From: Thermoplasmatota archaeon | GTDB taxonomy: Archaea; Thermoplasmatota; E2; DHVEG-1 | DNA length: 64,000 nt | Assembly (NCBI GenBank): GCA_029939595.1 | Contig: JAOZSQ010000001.1 | Span: 261,722-325,721, forward strand | Reading direction: 5' to 3' | Part shown: positions 38,191 through 47,162 of the stretch, piece by piece | How the letters are laid out: each line of letters starts with the position of its first letter | How positions within the stretch are numbered: position 1 is the stretch's first letter | Made by a program: the position numbers and the translations under genes | Notes under the pieces: model-generated | Databases searched by the model: none | What the model was told of the DNA's origin: nothing | Seen by the model: the letters and a program-made list of their open reading frames with translations, nothing else

Positions 38191-38898
38191 ATGAAATTAG
38201 TTCTTTACCCATGTGGATTTTTAGTTAGTTATTATGATGGATTTATTAATGAATTAAAAAATAATGGAATTGTTTTTAATTCTTATCTTGGGCTTTCTGG
38301 TGGCGCAATAAGCTCAGTTACATCCTGTTTGGATATTGATTCCAAAAAAATTTGGAATGATATTGAATGTGATCTCTGGCAGGACCAGAAACCAGGATTT
38401 GTTAGCCGGTTCTTTAAACGAGAATTTAAAACACGAATAGTCGGTAACACAGCCGAACAAGAAATTCTTGATAAAATAAATGGGAAGGTAGTTATTGTCG
38501 CTGCTAAAGTACCCTCCTTTGATCTTACCTATTTTACACATTTTGAAACTGTTGATGATCTGAGAAGAAAAATGATGGCATCATCAACTTTGCCATATCT
38601 AATGTACCCATTTCCAGCCAAAATAAAAGATGATTATTATGTGGATGGTTGGTTTGGTTTGTTCAATAGATTGAATTTTCATATAAATAGTGAAAAGGCA
38701 ATTATTTTAAGGGCTAGTCCAGGATTTAAAGTGAGAATGTGTAAAATCGGAGATCATATTTGGAGAGTTAAAATACTGCTTCCAAAAATGATTTGGAAAA
38801 TATTTAGACCAACTAAAGAAATCATGTTAGATTGGTTTGAGGAAGGTAAAATGGCGGGACAACAATTTTTAGATAAATATTATATGGAGATTAAATGA
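38191..38898 (+). CDS. patatin-like phospholipase candidate
   Basis: GLSGGA (GxSxG nucleophile) and YYVDGWFG (DGx catalytic Asp). GGAGGATAGAATG ribosome-binding site. Confidence 0.35.
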   Translation: MKLVLYPCGFLVSYYDGFINELKNNGIVFNSYLGLSGGAISSVTSCLDIDSKKIWNDIECDLWQDQKPGFVSRFFKREFKTRIVGNTAEQEILDKINGKVVIVAAKVPSFDLTYFTHFETVDDLRRKMMASSTLPYLMYPFPAKIKDDYYVDGWFGLFNRLNFHINSEKAIILRASPGFKVRMCKIGDHIWRVKILLPKMIWKIFRPTKEIMLDWFEEGKMAGQQFLDKYYMEIK

Positions 38899-39437
38899 AA
38901 TTAATGTTATTGAAAACAGAGTTGGATGAATTGCTCTCTTTTATGGAGAATGAAGCAACAACTTTGGGTATTGGACGAGAAGATATTGATAAAATAGAAG
39001 TAGAAACAGCAGCTAATATGCGGTTTACTTTTCCTAGTCATACTAGTCAGTTAGAATTAATTAGACGTGTTACCAGACAGGTTGCTTCTAGTTTAAGTTT
39101 TACTGAGGAAGCTTTAGATGATATTGGGTTAGCTATTGATGAGGCTTGTGCCAATATTATAAATCATTCGTATACAGAATCAAGAAGTGGATTGATTACA
39201 GTTGATTTTGAATTGGATCAATCTAAACTTGTTATGAGATTAATTGATAAAGGTGAAGCAGGACAAACTTTTAATCCAGAATTACTCAATCCAGTGGATA
39301 AAGAAAAATATCTTAAAGTTCTGACTAAGGGCGGATTGGGTGTGTATCTTGTAAAGAAAATTATGGATGAAGTTGAATATACAGTTTGTCCAGGTATTTC
39401 TAATTGTTTAACAATGGTTAAATATACAGGTAGGTAG
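38895..39437 (+). CDS. RsbW/SpoIIAB-like anti-sigma factor serine kinase (GHKL ATPase)
   Basis: N-box DEACANIINHSY, G-box GGLGVYLVKKIMDEV. About 180 aa, typical of partner-switching kinases. Confidence 0.6.
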   Translation: MKLMLLKTELDELLSFMENEATTLGIGREDIDKIEVETAANMRFTFPSHTSQLELIRRVTRQVASSLSFTEEALDDIGLAIDEACANIINHSYTESRSGLITVDFELDQSKLVMRLIDKGEAGQTFNPELLNPVDKEKYLKVLTKGGLGVYLVKKIMDEVEYTVCPGISNCLTMVKYTGR

Positions 39438-39439
39438 TT

Positions 39440-39784
39440 ATGAAAACGCTTGAAATTATCACTAAACATGGAAATAATGTGTTAGTTATTGTGTTAAAAG
39501 GTCTTTTAAATGCTGATACTAGTCCAGGATTGGAAAAGACACTTATTGATGTTGTGGAGCAAGAATCCAAACCTCAAATTTTGTTGGATATGAAAGAATT
39601 AACTTATATTAGTAGTGCTGGTATTGGTTGTTTTATTGGAGTGATTAAAAGAATTAGAGTTAAACAAGGAGATCTTAGATTTTGTTCTCTTGATTCTAAA
39701 GTTATGCGAGTTTTTAATCTTTTAGATATGGCCGATTTTTTTCAGTTTTTTGAAACACAAGAAGAAGGAGTGAAAAGTTTTTAA
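39440..39784 (+). CDS. STAS-domain anti-sigma-factor antagonist (RsbV/SpoIIAA-like)
   Basis: VLKGLLNADTSPGLEKTL...ILLDMKELTYISSAGIG. 114 aa. A Ser in ISSAG is a possible phospho-acceptor. Confidence 0.6.
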   Translation: MKTLEIITKHGNNVLVIVLKGLLNADTSPGLEKTLIDVVEQESKPQILLDMKELTYISSAGIGCFIGVIKRIRVKQGDLRFCSLDSKVMRVFNLLDMADFFQFFETQEEGVKSF

Positions 39785-40533
39785 TGAAAAAGTTAATATT
39801 GTTTTTAATTGTGTTTTGTTTTATAGCAACAAACTGTTTTTCTGAAAATTTGTTTACAGTAACAGCAGAACCATATCCACCTTATGTCGGTCCAAAACTG
39901 AAAAATAATGGATGGACTTGGGTGGTTGCTAAAACTGCTTTGGAGAGGGTTGGATATAAAGCAAAATTGAAATATTTACCTTGGGCTAGAGCACTAATGA
40001 CAACTAAAGCAGGTAAAATAGATGGATTATTTCCCGCATTCTTTACAGTGGAAAGAACAAAAACATATTTATATTCAGTGCCGATAGCAGAAGCAAGAAC
40101 AGGTTTTTTCAAACTTAAAAAACGAACAGATATTGTTTTCAATGGCAATCTGAGAACAATGACAAAATATAGAATTGGAGTGGGTAGAGGTTATGCTACA
40201 AGTCCTGAATTTGACAATGCAACCTATCTAAAGAAAAGACTACAAATCAAATCAATACAAAGTTTGAAAATGCTTTGGAAAGGTAGATTGGATTTGGCAA
40301 CAGGAAGTGAATTAGTTGATGGTTATAATCTAAAACAACTAGAACCAAAATATCCTGGAATATCAAAAAAAATAATGTTTGTGGAACCACCTCTTACTAT
40401 TCAGTATTGTCATATGGCAGTATCAAAGAATGCACCCAACGCAGCACAAAAATTGGAAGATTTTAATATAGGTATGAGAATGATAATGTTGGACGGTACT
40501 TATATGAAAATTTTTAAGAAATATAATAAGTAG
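39784..40533 (+). CDS. secreted SBP_bac_3-like substrate-binding protein, paralog of 29687 gene
   Basis: Signal peptide MKKLILFLIVFCFIATNCFS, and EPYPPYVGPK parallels NPWPPYIFGK. Confidence 0.5.
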   Translation: MKKLILFLIVFCFIATNCFSENLFTVTAEPYPPYVGPKLKNNGWTWVVAKTALERVGYKAKLKYLPWARALMTTKAGKIDGLFPAFFTVERTKTYLYSVPIAEARTGFFKLKKRTDIVFNGNLRTMTKYRIGVGRGYATSPEFDNATYLKKRLQIKSIQSLKMLWKGRLDLATGSELVDGYNLKQLEPKYPGISKKIMFVEPPLTIQYCHMAVSKNAPNAAQKLEDFNIGMRMIMLDGTYMKIFKKYNK

Positions 40534-40592
40534 GTTTTTATGAATTATACAGAGTTAGGAGCATCTATTACTAATTTACATTTGTCAGTTTG

Positions 40593-40985
40593 TTATTTCT
40601 TTTTACTATTCTGTTTACATAGTTTGGTTAGTTCTTTGGTACACTTTTTTTGATTTTTTGACTTTTGACAAGCTTTCTTGGCTTTTTGACTACAAGAACC
40701 TTTATAAGCACCATAAACGACACCTGTTACAGTCCCAATAGCAAGACCATACATACTACCAACTATAGCACCTAATCCCCCTGAAAGTTTCACATCATTT
40801 TTTCCTTGTCCAGATAACTTGGATACCGCTGCCATTCCCAAACCAGTGCTAACTGCACCAACACTTGAACCTATAGTACCTCCACTGGCTCCAGAAGCAA
40901 TTGCACTTCCTAGTTTGGAACTCTTGATGTGTTTGATACTTCCTGGTTTGGCTTTCTCTGTTAAATAACCTCTTCTATTAATCAT
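40593..40985 (-). CDS. glycine-zipper membrane protein with basic Cys-containing C-terminus
   Basis: Runs of GxxxG/SxxxG repeats (GASGGTIGSSVGAVSTGLGMAAV...GGLGAIVGSMYGLAIGTVTGVVYGAY). AGGAGAGATTATG ribosome-binding site. Confidence 0.55.
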   Translation of the reverse strand: MINRRGYLTEKAKPGSIKHIKSSKLGSAIASGASGGTIGSSVGAVSTGLGMAAVSKLSGQGKNDVKLSGGLGAIVGSMYGLAIGTVTGVVYGAYKGSCSQKAKKACQKSKNQKKCTKELTKLCKQNSKKK

Positions 40986-40993
40986 AATCTCTC

Positions 40994-41395
40994 CTATTTA
41001 TTTTTTTTTAAAGCGTTTATCATCGCTCGGTCTACCATATCCTTCCCACGATTTTTCAGTTTAGGTGGTTTGAAATCTCCCAAATTTGGATATTTATTGG
41101 CGATTTGTTTTCCTTGTTTCCTTGTTGTGAATGTTTCAAAATTACAGTCATCCATACTTGCTTGTTTTATACCATCACATACTTGTTCTTTTATCCAATC
41201 CGCATTTTTCATGCATTTGGTGTAGTTCTTTTCAACTTGTTTTATACATTTTTTCGTTTCTATTTTGTTTCGCCTATTTTTAAGTTTTGTGTTTACCTTG
41301 GAACCAAATTCTTTGACTTTTGTAACACCCATTTTTAATGCCGATGCAATTCCTTCATCTAACCTATTTTGTTTTATATGACATCTATTAATCAT
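40994..41395 (-). CDS. basic Lys/Cys-rich protein
   Basis: The second Met was chosen (MINRCHIKQ) because the RBS-plus-start string AGGAGAGATTATGATTAATAG duplicates that of the 40593 gene. Confidence 0.5.
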   Translation of the reverse strand: MINRCHIKQNRLDEGIASALKMGVTKVKEFGSKVNTKLKNRRNKIETKKCIKQVEKNYTKCMKNADWIKEQVCDGIKQASMDDCNFETFTTRKQGKQIANKYPNLGDFKPPKLKNRGKDMVDRAMINALKKNK

Positions 41396-41503
41396 AATCT
41401 CTCCTATAAAAAATATATTTATCATTATTTATATAGTCTCTTCATAAATAATAGAAAATCAGATAACACTATTTTTGGAACTCGTCTTTTTGACGATGCT
41501 TTT

Positions 41504-41511
41504 TATAAATA
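41504..41511 (+). promoter_or_regulatory. T4-type late promoter TATAAATA
   Basis: Exact box about 80 nt upstream of the sheath gene. Confidence 0.4.
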
Positions 41512-41556
41512 AAGTAAAAGATTTAAGACAATCAAAAAATGAGTAAAATTTAAAAT

Positions 41557-41564
41557 TATAAATA
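41557..41564 (+). promoter_or_regulatory. T4-type late promoter TATAAATA
   Basis: Exact box about 25 nt upstream of the sheath gene's CAGGAGG site. Confidence 0.45.
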
Positions 41565-41589
41565 GGAAATTATTTTCAGGAGGAATAAG

Positions 41590-43848
41590 ATGGCGTTTAG
41601 TTTATCCCCTAGTGTTGACGTAACTGAAAAGGATCTAAGTGTATCAGTAGCAAATTTGCCTTCTTCAAAAACTGCAATGGTTGTTAAAGCAGCAACCGGT
41701 GAGGCTTTGAAAATTGTTCAGGTAACTAGCGTAGGTGACTTGGAAACTATATTCGGTTTCCCAACAAATTTTAACTATAAGGACTGGTTCAATGCATGGA
41801 ACTTCCTACAATATGCAAATTCACTTTATTGTGTTCGTCCATTGTCAACAAAAGCCCATAACTGTGCAGTTGCACTTTCAGGTGGGACCGGACAAGCTGA
41901 CGCTCCGGCTGCAATAGTTGACGCAGATGGTAATCCAACATTAGACGATAAAGGTGTTCAAACATACGGTGCAGCAAAATTAGGTACTGGTATGAAAGTT
42001 AATGAAGCAGTTAGTTGTGGAAAATTGTATAATTCAGATGTAGCAGAATTGAGACTCAATGCATTAGCAGAAGTCCCTTCCCTCACTAAAACATTCTTTG
42101 ACGTATCTATTGATGGCGTTTCAGGTGAAATTACTTCTAAAATTGTAAGTAACTTGGCAGGAAAAGAAATTAAATACGATAATAAAGAATACTATATTGA
42201 AGAAAATGTTTGGGAAAAAGCAGGTATTACAGAAGAATTGATGGATTCAGAAGGTGAAGTTACTTTAATTAAAAATTTTAAAGCAGTTAAAGTAGACCAA
42301 AGAACCGATGACGAAAAAACAGCAGAAAAAGATCCTTATTATACCAAAAAAGTGGTTATTGCTAAAGTATCAGCTTCTAAAAAGCTTCTTCTTGAAATGA
42401 CTGCCGATAATCCAGCACTTCCTGTTATGAGTAAATACGGCGTGACAGGCGCAGAAGTTAAAGAAGATCCAACAGGCTCATTTAAAGTTGCCGGTGCTGT
42501 CGCACCTAAATTGGTTCTCTATAACAGATATGTTACAAATGAACAAGATGTCGCAGTTTCAGTATGTTCATCAAAAGATTCTTGGAATAAACCTCTGTAC
42601 CTCGGAACAGCAGTTAAATTCTCAGACTTCTTTGACTATGAACCAGAATGGGATCAAGGACAATTCGTTATGATCGTGTTTAAGAAAAACCCACAAGGTA
42701 ACTACGAAAATAAAGAAGAATGGTTGCTCTCATATAACGTGAAAGGTAGAGATCATAATAATAGTAACATCTTCGCTGAAGAAGTTATTAAAAATAAATC
42801 AAAATACCTCTACGTTAAAGTAGGAACCAACGGCGATCCAGTTAATACCTCTTGTAACGAAATGATTGAACTTCAACATTCAACTTTTGAATCAGTTACT
42901 CCAAGAGAAGCTGACGTGTTTCCAACCATTTCAACTGAAGCTTATAAAAAATCAGCTATCGTTAACGCATGTGAACTCTTCTCAGATCCAGATTCGTTTG
43001 ATATTAATATCCTCGTGCAACCAGCAGAAGCACCTAATAAAATGTCAAACCTAGCTGAAACTAGAAAAGACTGTGTGGCTGTTATCGGACCATACGAACA
43101 TGATAATTTACTCGGTAAATCAAACGGCGAAGCTACTGCCTATATGACAGGAAAATACGGAACAGTTGCAGGTAAACCCGAATCTAAAGTGTATTCAGCA
43201 TTCGGTACATACTCAGCAGTATACGGTAATATGAAATATCAATACGATAAATACAACGATCTTAATCGTTGGGTTCCAGTATTGGGTGACGTTGCAGGTC
43301 TATACGCAGCAACAGATAAAGATTTAGACCCTTGGTGGGCACCAGCAGGTCTCTCCAGAGGTAAAATTAAGAATTGTATCAAACTAGCTTTCAATCCTAA
43401 TAAAGCTCATAGAGATGAATTGTATTATAATGCAATCAACCCAATTATGGGTGTGCCAGGAGAAGGAACAGCTATCGTTTGGGGTCAGAAAACAGCTACC
43501 GCCAAACCTTCAGCTTTCAACAGATTGAACGTAAGACGCTTGATGATCACGATTGAAAAATCAGTGGCTACATCAGCTAGATACTTCTTGTTTGAATTTA
43601 ACGATTCATTTACTAGAAACTTCTTCAAAGGTATGGTTGACCCATATCTCGGTGGAATCCAAAGTAGACGTGGATTGTACGATTATCTGGTTGTCTGTGA
43701 CGACTCTAACAATACACCAGAAATTATTGATCAGAATGGCTTGTGTTTGGATATATATGTTAAACCTACGAAAGTAGCTGAATTTATCAAAATCCAAGCG
43801 GTGGTCGTTAAAACTGGGGCGAGCTTTTCCGAAGCCATAGGAGCCTAA
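41590..43848 (+). CDS. tail sheath protein (T4 gp18-like)
   Basis: The N-terminal ~85 aa parallel T4 gp18 (…IVQVTSVGDLETIFG…AWNFLQYANSLYCVRPL against …QIKQVTNEVDLVNTFG…AMNFLQYGNDLRVVR). 752 aa. Confidence 0.85.
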   Translation: MAFSLSPSVDVTEKDLSVSVANLPSSKTAMVVKAATGEALKIVQVTSVGDLETIFGFPTNFNYKDWFNAWNFLQYANSLYCVRPLSTKAHNCAVALSGGTGQADAPAAIVDADGNPTLDDKGVQTYGAAKLGTGMKVNEAVSCGKLYNSDVAELRLNALAEVPSLTKTFFDVSIDGVSGEITSKIVSNLAGKEIKYDNKEYYIEENVWEKAGITEELMDSEGEVTLIKNFKAVKVDQRTDDEKTAEKDPYYTKKVVIAKVSASKKLLLEMTADNPALPVMSKYGVTGAEVKEDPTGSFKVAGAVAPKLVLYNRYVTNEQDVAVSVCSSKDSWNKPLYLGTAVKFSDFFDYEPEWDQGQFVMIVFKKNPQGNYENKEEWLLSYNVKGRDHNNSNIFAEEVIKNKSKYLYVKVGTNGDPVNTSCNEMIELQHSTFESVTPREADVFPTISTEAYKKSAIVNACELFSDPDSFDINILVQPAEAPNKMSNLAETRKDCVAVIGPYEHDNLLGKSNGEATAYMTGKYGTVAGKPESKVYSAFGTYSAVYGNMKYQYDKYNDLNRWVPVLGDVAGLYAATDKDLDPWWAPAGLSRGKIKNCIKLAFNPNKAHRDELYYNAINPIMGVPGEGTAIVWGQKTATAKPSAFNRLNVRRLMITIEKSVATSARYFLFEFNDSFTRNFFKGMVDPYLGGIQSRRGLYDYLVVCDDSNNTPEIIDQNGLCLDIYVKPTKVAEFIKIQAVVVKTGASFSEAIGA

Positions 43849-43902
43849 TCACAGTGATGTGTTAAAATCAACACAGTAAAGTTGCTGAGTTGAAAAAGAA
43901 AT

Positions 43903-43931
43903 AGGAGGTTTTTCGGAACCTCCTTTTTTTA
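43903..43931 (+). terminator. rho-independent terminator
   Basis: AGGAGGTT-tttcgg-AACCTCCT hairpin followed by a 7-T run. Confidence 0.6.
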
Positions 43932-43938
43932 TGTTCTC

Positions 43939-43966
43939 TTGACTTAATAAATAGATAGTATATACT
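43939..43966 (+). promoter_or_regulatory. sigma70-like promoter TTGACT-16-TATACT
   Basis: Upstream of the 43985 gene. Confidence 0.35.
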
Positions 43967-43984
43967 AATTATTTAAGGAGAATT

Positions 43985-44932
43985 ATGCCAACAAATATAG
44001 TGTATACATATCAAATAGTTAAAGAATTTATAGAAAATAAAGGTTGCGAGTTAATTTCTACAACATATCAAAATTGCAAAACTGATTTAGAAATTAAATG
44101 TGAATGTGGAAACATATTTTTTCGTAGTTTTGATCATTTCAAAAATTCTAAACAAAGAAATTGCAAGAAATGCCGATATATCAAATCATCAAAATCCCAA
44201 CGTAAGTCCTTTTCAGAAGTAAAAACAAATATAGAAATAACAGGATGTGATTTACTATCTACAGAGAACGATTATAAGAATATTAAATCTAAGTTGCATG
44301 TTAAATGTAAGGATTGTGATAATACTTTTTTAAGAACATATGAGAAAGTTGTTAACCAAAAACAGTTCTTTTGTTCTGAATGTACTAATTTTTCCCGATC
44401 TAAAAAACATACCCGATTTTTTCAATCAGTAAAAGATGAAATTGATGCTACTGGTTGTGTGCTTTTATCAACTGAATATATTTCTAATAATGATCCGCTT
44501 CATATTAAATGTAAGGAGTGTAATAGTACATTTTATAGAACGCTTTCTGTTTTTCAAATGCATGAAGCATATTATTGTGATGTGTGTTCTAAACATCAAT
44601 CTAAAGATGTTCGTAAGGTGGAAGAATATTTAAAATTTCAAAAATTTAATTACGAGAAAGAATTCCGTTTTTCTGATTGCCGAGGCAAGAAATACCCATT
44701 GCCTTTTGATTTTGCCATTTTTAAAGAAGATGGTTCCATTAATTTTTTAATAGAACATATGGGAGAGCAACATTTTACTCCAAAGGAATGTTTTGGTGGA
44801 GAGGAGGCTTTTAAAAAGACTCTTATTAATGATGATACGAAGGTTAGATATTGTGAAGAAAACGAGATAGATTTGTATTATACTTATCCAAATATTGATC
44901 CAGATAACATTCGTTTTAGGAAGATTTGTTGA
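43985..44932 (+). CDS. zinc-ribbon-repeat protein with C-terminal DUF559/Vsr-like PD-(D/E)xK nuclease motif
   Basis: Three ~75-aa repeats (IE..GC.LLST.Y...KC.xC.N.F.R...C..C), then LPFDFAIFKEDGSINFLIEHMGEQH. Confidence 0.4.
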   Translation: MPTNIVYTYQIVKEFIENKGCELISTTYQNCKTDLEIKCECGNIFFRSFDHFKNSKQRNCKKCRYIKSSKSQRKSFSEVKTNIEITGCDLLSTENDYKNIKSKLHVKCKDCDNTFLRTYEKVVNQKQFFCSECTNFSRSKKHTRFFQSVKDEIDATGCVLLSTEYISNNDPLHIKCKECNSTFYRTLSVFQMHEAYYCDVCSKHQSKDVRKVEEYLKFQKFNYEKEFRFSDCRGKKYPLPFDFAIFKEDGSINFLIEHMGEQHFTPKECFGGEEAFKKTLINDDTKVRYCEENEIDLYYTYPNIDPDNIRFRKIC

Positions 44933-45026
44933 CAGTGCAAGAATCCATACGGGTCCGAGATTTAACCGAGTGGCATTTAGATGTAATTAAAAAACATGAT
45001 ATAGGTCTTGACAATTTCATAGCATC

Positions 45027-45055
45027 TTGACAGGGTTTTTTTGGTTTGCTATGAT
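45027..45055 (+). promoter_or_regulatory. sigma70-like promoter TTGACA-17-TATGAT
   Basis: A second TTGACA lies 19 nt upstream. The element is upstream of the 45086 gene. Confidence 0.35.
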
Positions 45056-45085
45056 TAAGTTTTAATTAATTTTTGGGGATAATGA

Positions 45086-46156
45086 ATGATTAAATTGCAA
45101 TTACACCAAAAACTTTCTTATTATGCAAGTAAAGATAGGGAAGGATTTGAATTAACTTTGGATGAAGCGGATATATTAATTCAGGTATTACAAAATCATC
45201 CTGATTATAACGAAATTATTGGATGTGGAATAGATAGAATAGTTATAGAAGGAGGAATTTTTTTTCTTATTAGAAGAGATAGTAATAAGGTTAAGTTGGA
45301 TTTGCGTAAGTGTGTGTATGGTGGTGGAATGATGGATGACAAAAGTGACATGGAGAAAATGTATGAAGCGTGTCGGATTGCCATCATGGATTATAGAGAA
45401 GAGTTTGAGATTAACCAAATTAGAAGTAAAGTATATTGTCCTTATACTGGAGAGTTATTAACCAAAAAAACATCATATGTTGATCATATGCTTCCTTTAA
45501 CTTTTAAAAAAATAATAGAACAATTTATAGATCATGAAGATTTATCTTTAAGTGATATAAAATTTATTAAATTTATTGAATATGGTGGGTGGTATAATTT
45601 ACCTTCACAATTAAAGGAGTCGTTTATAAAATATCATAGGGAGTGTGCTATATTGCATTTGTTGAAAATTCCAGGTAAATCTGAAGATATTTTAGAAGAT
45701 TCTTCTAAGGAAAATATTCCGTTTAGAACGAGTTTTAATTTAACGGTGTTCAAACAGGGTTCATTCAAAGACACCAAATCAAAATCTTTTAAATATTATA
45801 AATCAGACAGGCCAACTTTATTTTATATAGAAGAAAGTGATGATCCTGTAAAAAACAAATTTTTAAAGTCGTTTGCTGGTGTTATGGGTTCATTTACTAC
45901 ACATATTTTAAGAAAGTATTATCCCATAAAAAAACTATTGGAAGGTGATTTATTGTCTTCAATATTTGAAGAATATGTGAATAATCCTTCTTTAATTTCC
46001 AATAAAAATGGTGAAAAAACGGTTCATGAAAAAATGTTAGATGGTTATGCGAATGAAGAGGTTAAAATGAGTTTAATGAACATTTATCATCGGATTAGAG
46101 AAGGGTATTATGATGAACATAAGTTTCAATTAAAGCAAAAGGATAATGTTGCATAA
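45086..46156 (+). CDS. putative HNH-family endonuclease
   Basis: CPYTGELLTKKTSYVDHMLP (C-x-Y-x-G...DH..P) and later YHRECAILH. Confidence 0.35.
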   Translation: MIKLQLHQKLSYYASKDREGFELTLDEADILIQVLQNHPDYNEIIGCGIDRIVIEGGIFFLIRRDSNKVKLDLRKCVYGGGMMDDKSDMEKMYEACRIAIMDYREEFEINQIRSKVYCPYTGELLTKKTSYVDHMLPLTFKKIIEQFIDHEDLSLSDIKFIKFIEYGGWYNLPSQLKESFIKYHRECAILHLLKIPGKSEDILEDSSKENIPFRTSFNLTVFKQGSFKDTKSKSFKYYKSDRPTLFYIEESDDPVKNKFLKSFAGVMGSFTTHILRKYYPIKKLLEGDLLSSIFEEYVNNPSLISNKNGEKTVHEKMLDGYANEEVKMSLMNIYHRIREGYYDEHKFQLKQKDNVA

Positions 46157-46190
46157 AGATAAATAAGTGTAAACAATAATTGAGGTTTAC

Positions 46191-46973
46191 ATGAAGAGTT
46201 TCAAGCAATTTTTATTAGAGACGAGGGATTCTCAGCGTGAGATAAGGGCTATTGCTGATGAATTTTTTGATAGTTTTGTTGATCACATAGAGAGTTATCC
46301 GAAGGAGCAGGTTATTTTACCCAAACCGGAGGATGCATTTGATCATATGTTTTTAGATATGAAACGGATAGGTGATTATATTCGGATTGGAAGGTATTCG
46401 GTGTTAAAGGATTTTTTAAGGGATGCTTCCAGGCATATGCAGGTGATTATCACATCAATTGAGTCAGGTCGTTTTTTACCTAGTGGTAGTGCTGGTACAT
46501 TTGTTTTTCCTAAGAGTCAATATAAGCAGATGAAGGATACTGTATTGGTTGTTGGTGTACCTATTAAAGCGATTCAATTTGTTATTCAGATTTTCAAGAC
46601 CCAGGAAGATCCCAATAAGGCGTTTGGTAAGATAAAGGACCGTTGGAAAGTAGCTACTGAGAAGATATCAAGGGGAACTTTTATACATGAGTTAACTCAT
46701 GCATATGATTATTATGTATCTGAGGGTCGGTTTACTGATGCGGAGGGCATAGTCAAATCTGGAGATGATGAAGCAGGTTATTATGCTAGTCAGCATGAGG
46801 TTAATGCTAGGTATTCTGATACGATAGCTCAGTTGGATGGTGTCAAGGGCGATTTAGACAAGTATGATTATATTAAGCGATTTATGGAGATGTTTGTTGG
46901 TTGGGATGTATTGGATTATTCTCAACAGAAGAGGTTAATAAAGAGAGCCACAATGGAGTGGTATGAGAGGTAG
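46191..46973 (+). CDS. CTS-tagged HExxH metallopeptidase-like protein
   Basis: MKSFKQFLLETRD; FIHELTHAYDYY. Confidence 0.5.
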   Translation: MKSFKQFLLETRDSQREIRAIADEFFDSFVDHIESYPKEQVILPKPEDAFDHMFLDMKRIGDYIRIGRYSVLKDFLRDASRHMQVIITSIESGRFLPSGSAGTFVFPKSQYKQMKDTVLVVGVPIKAIQFVIQIFKTQEDPNKAFGKIKDRWKVATEKISRGTFIHELTHAYDYYVSEGRFTDAEGIVKSGDDEAGYYASQHEVNARYSDTIAQLDGVKGDLDKYDYIKRFMEMFVGWDVLDYSQQKRLIKRATMEWYER

Positions 46974-47162
46974 ATATGCAACCGATGGGACGTAAGCCGG
47001 TTCGTTTTCCAGGGAAGATAGATTGGCATATAAGGAAGTGTAAGAATTGGTGGGAGGATGAGCATGAACCCAACAGGAAAACTGAACGGCAAGATGTCAA
47101 GAAAGAGATAAAAGAGGATCTGATAAATATTGATAATTCTTTAATTTATTAGGTGGAGTTTT

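Noticed and set aside
1288-47100. Numerous 60-110-aa antisense or alternate-frame ORFs in the track (for example 1288-1506-, 2265-2483-, 4282-4572-, 6539-6880-, 13258-13749-, 28489-29042-, 41105-41338+, 41735-41977, 58399-58809-)
   Set aside because: They are fully embedded in longer ORFs that have motifs, paralogs or translational coupling. They have low-complexity, AT-driven composition and no ribosome-binding sites, as expected of spurious ORFs in AT-rich DNA.
46976-47152. 58-aa ORF (MQPMGRKPVRFPGKIDWHIRKCKNWWEDEHEPNRK...) in the gap before the 47163 gene
   Set aside because: It has no ribosome-binding site or recognisable motif, so it was left as unannotated intergenic sequence. It may still be real.
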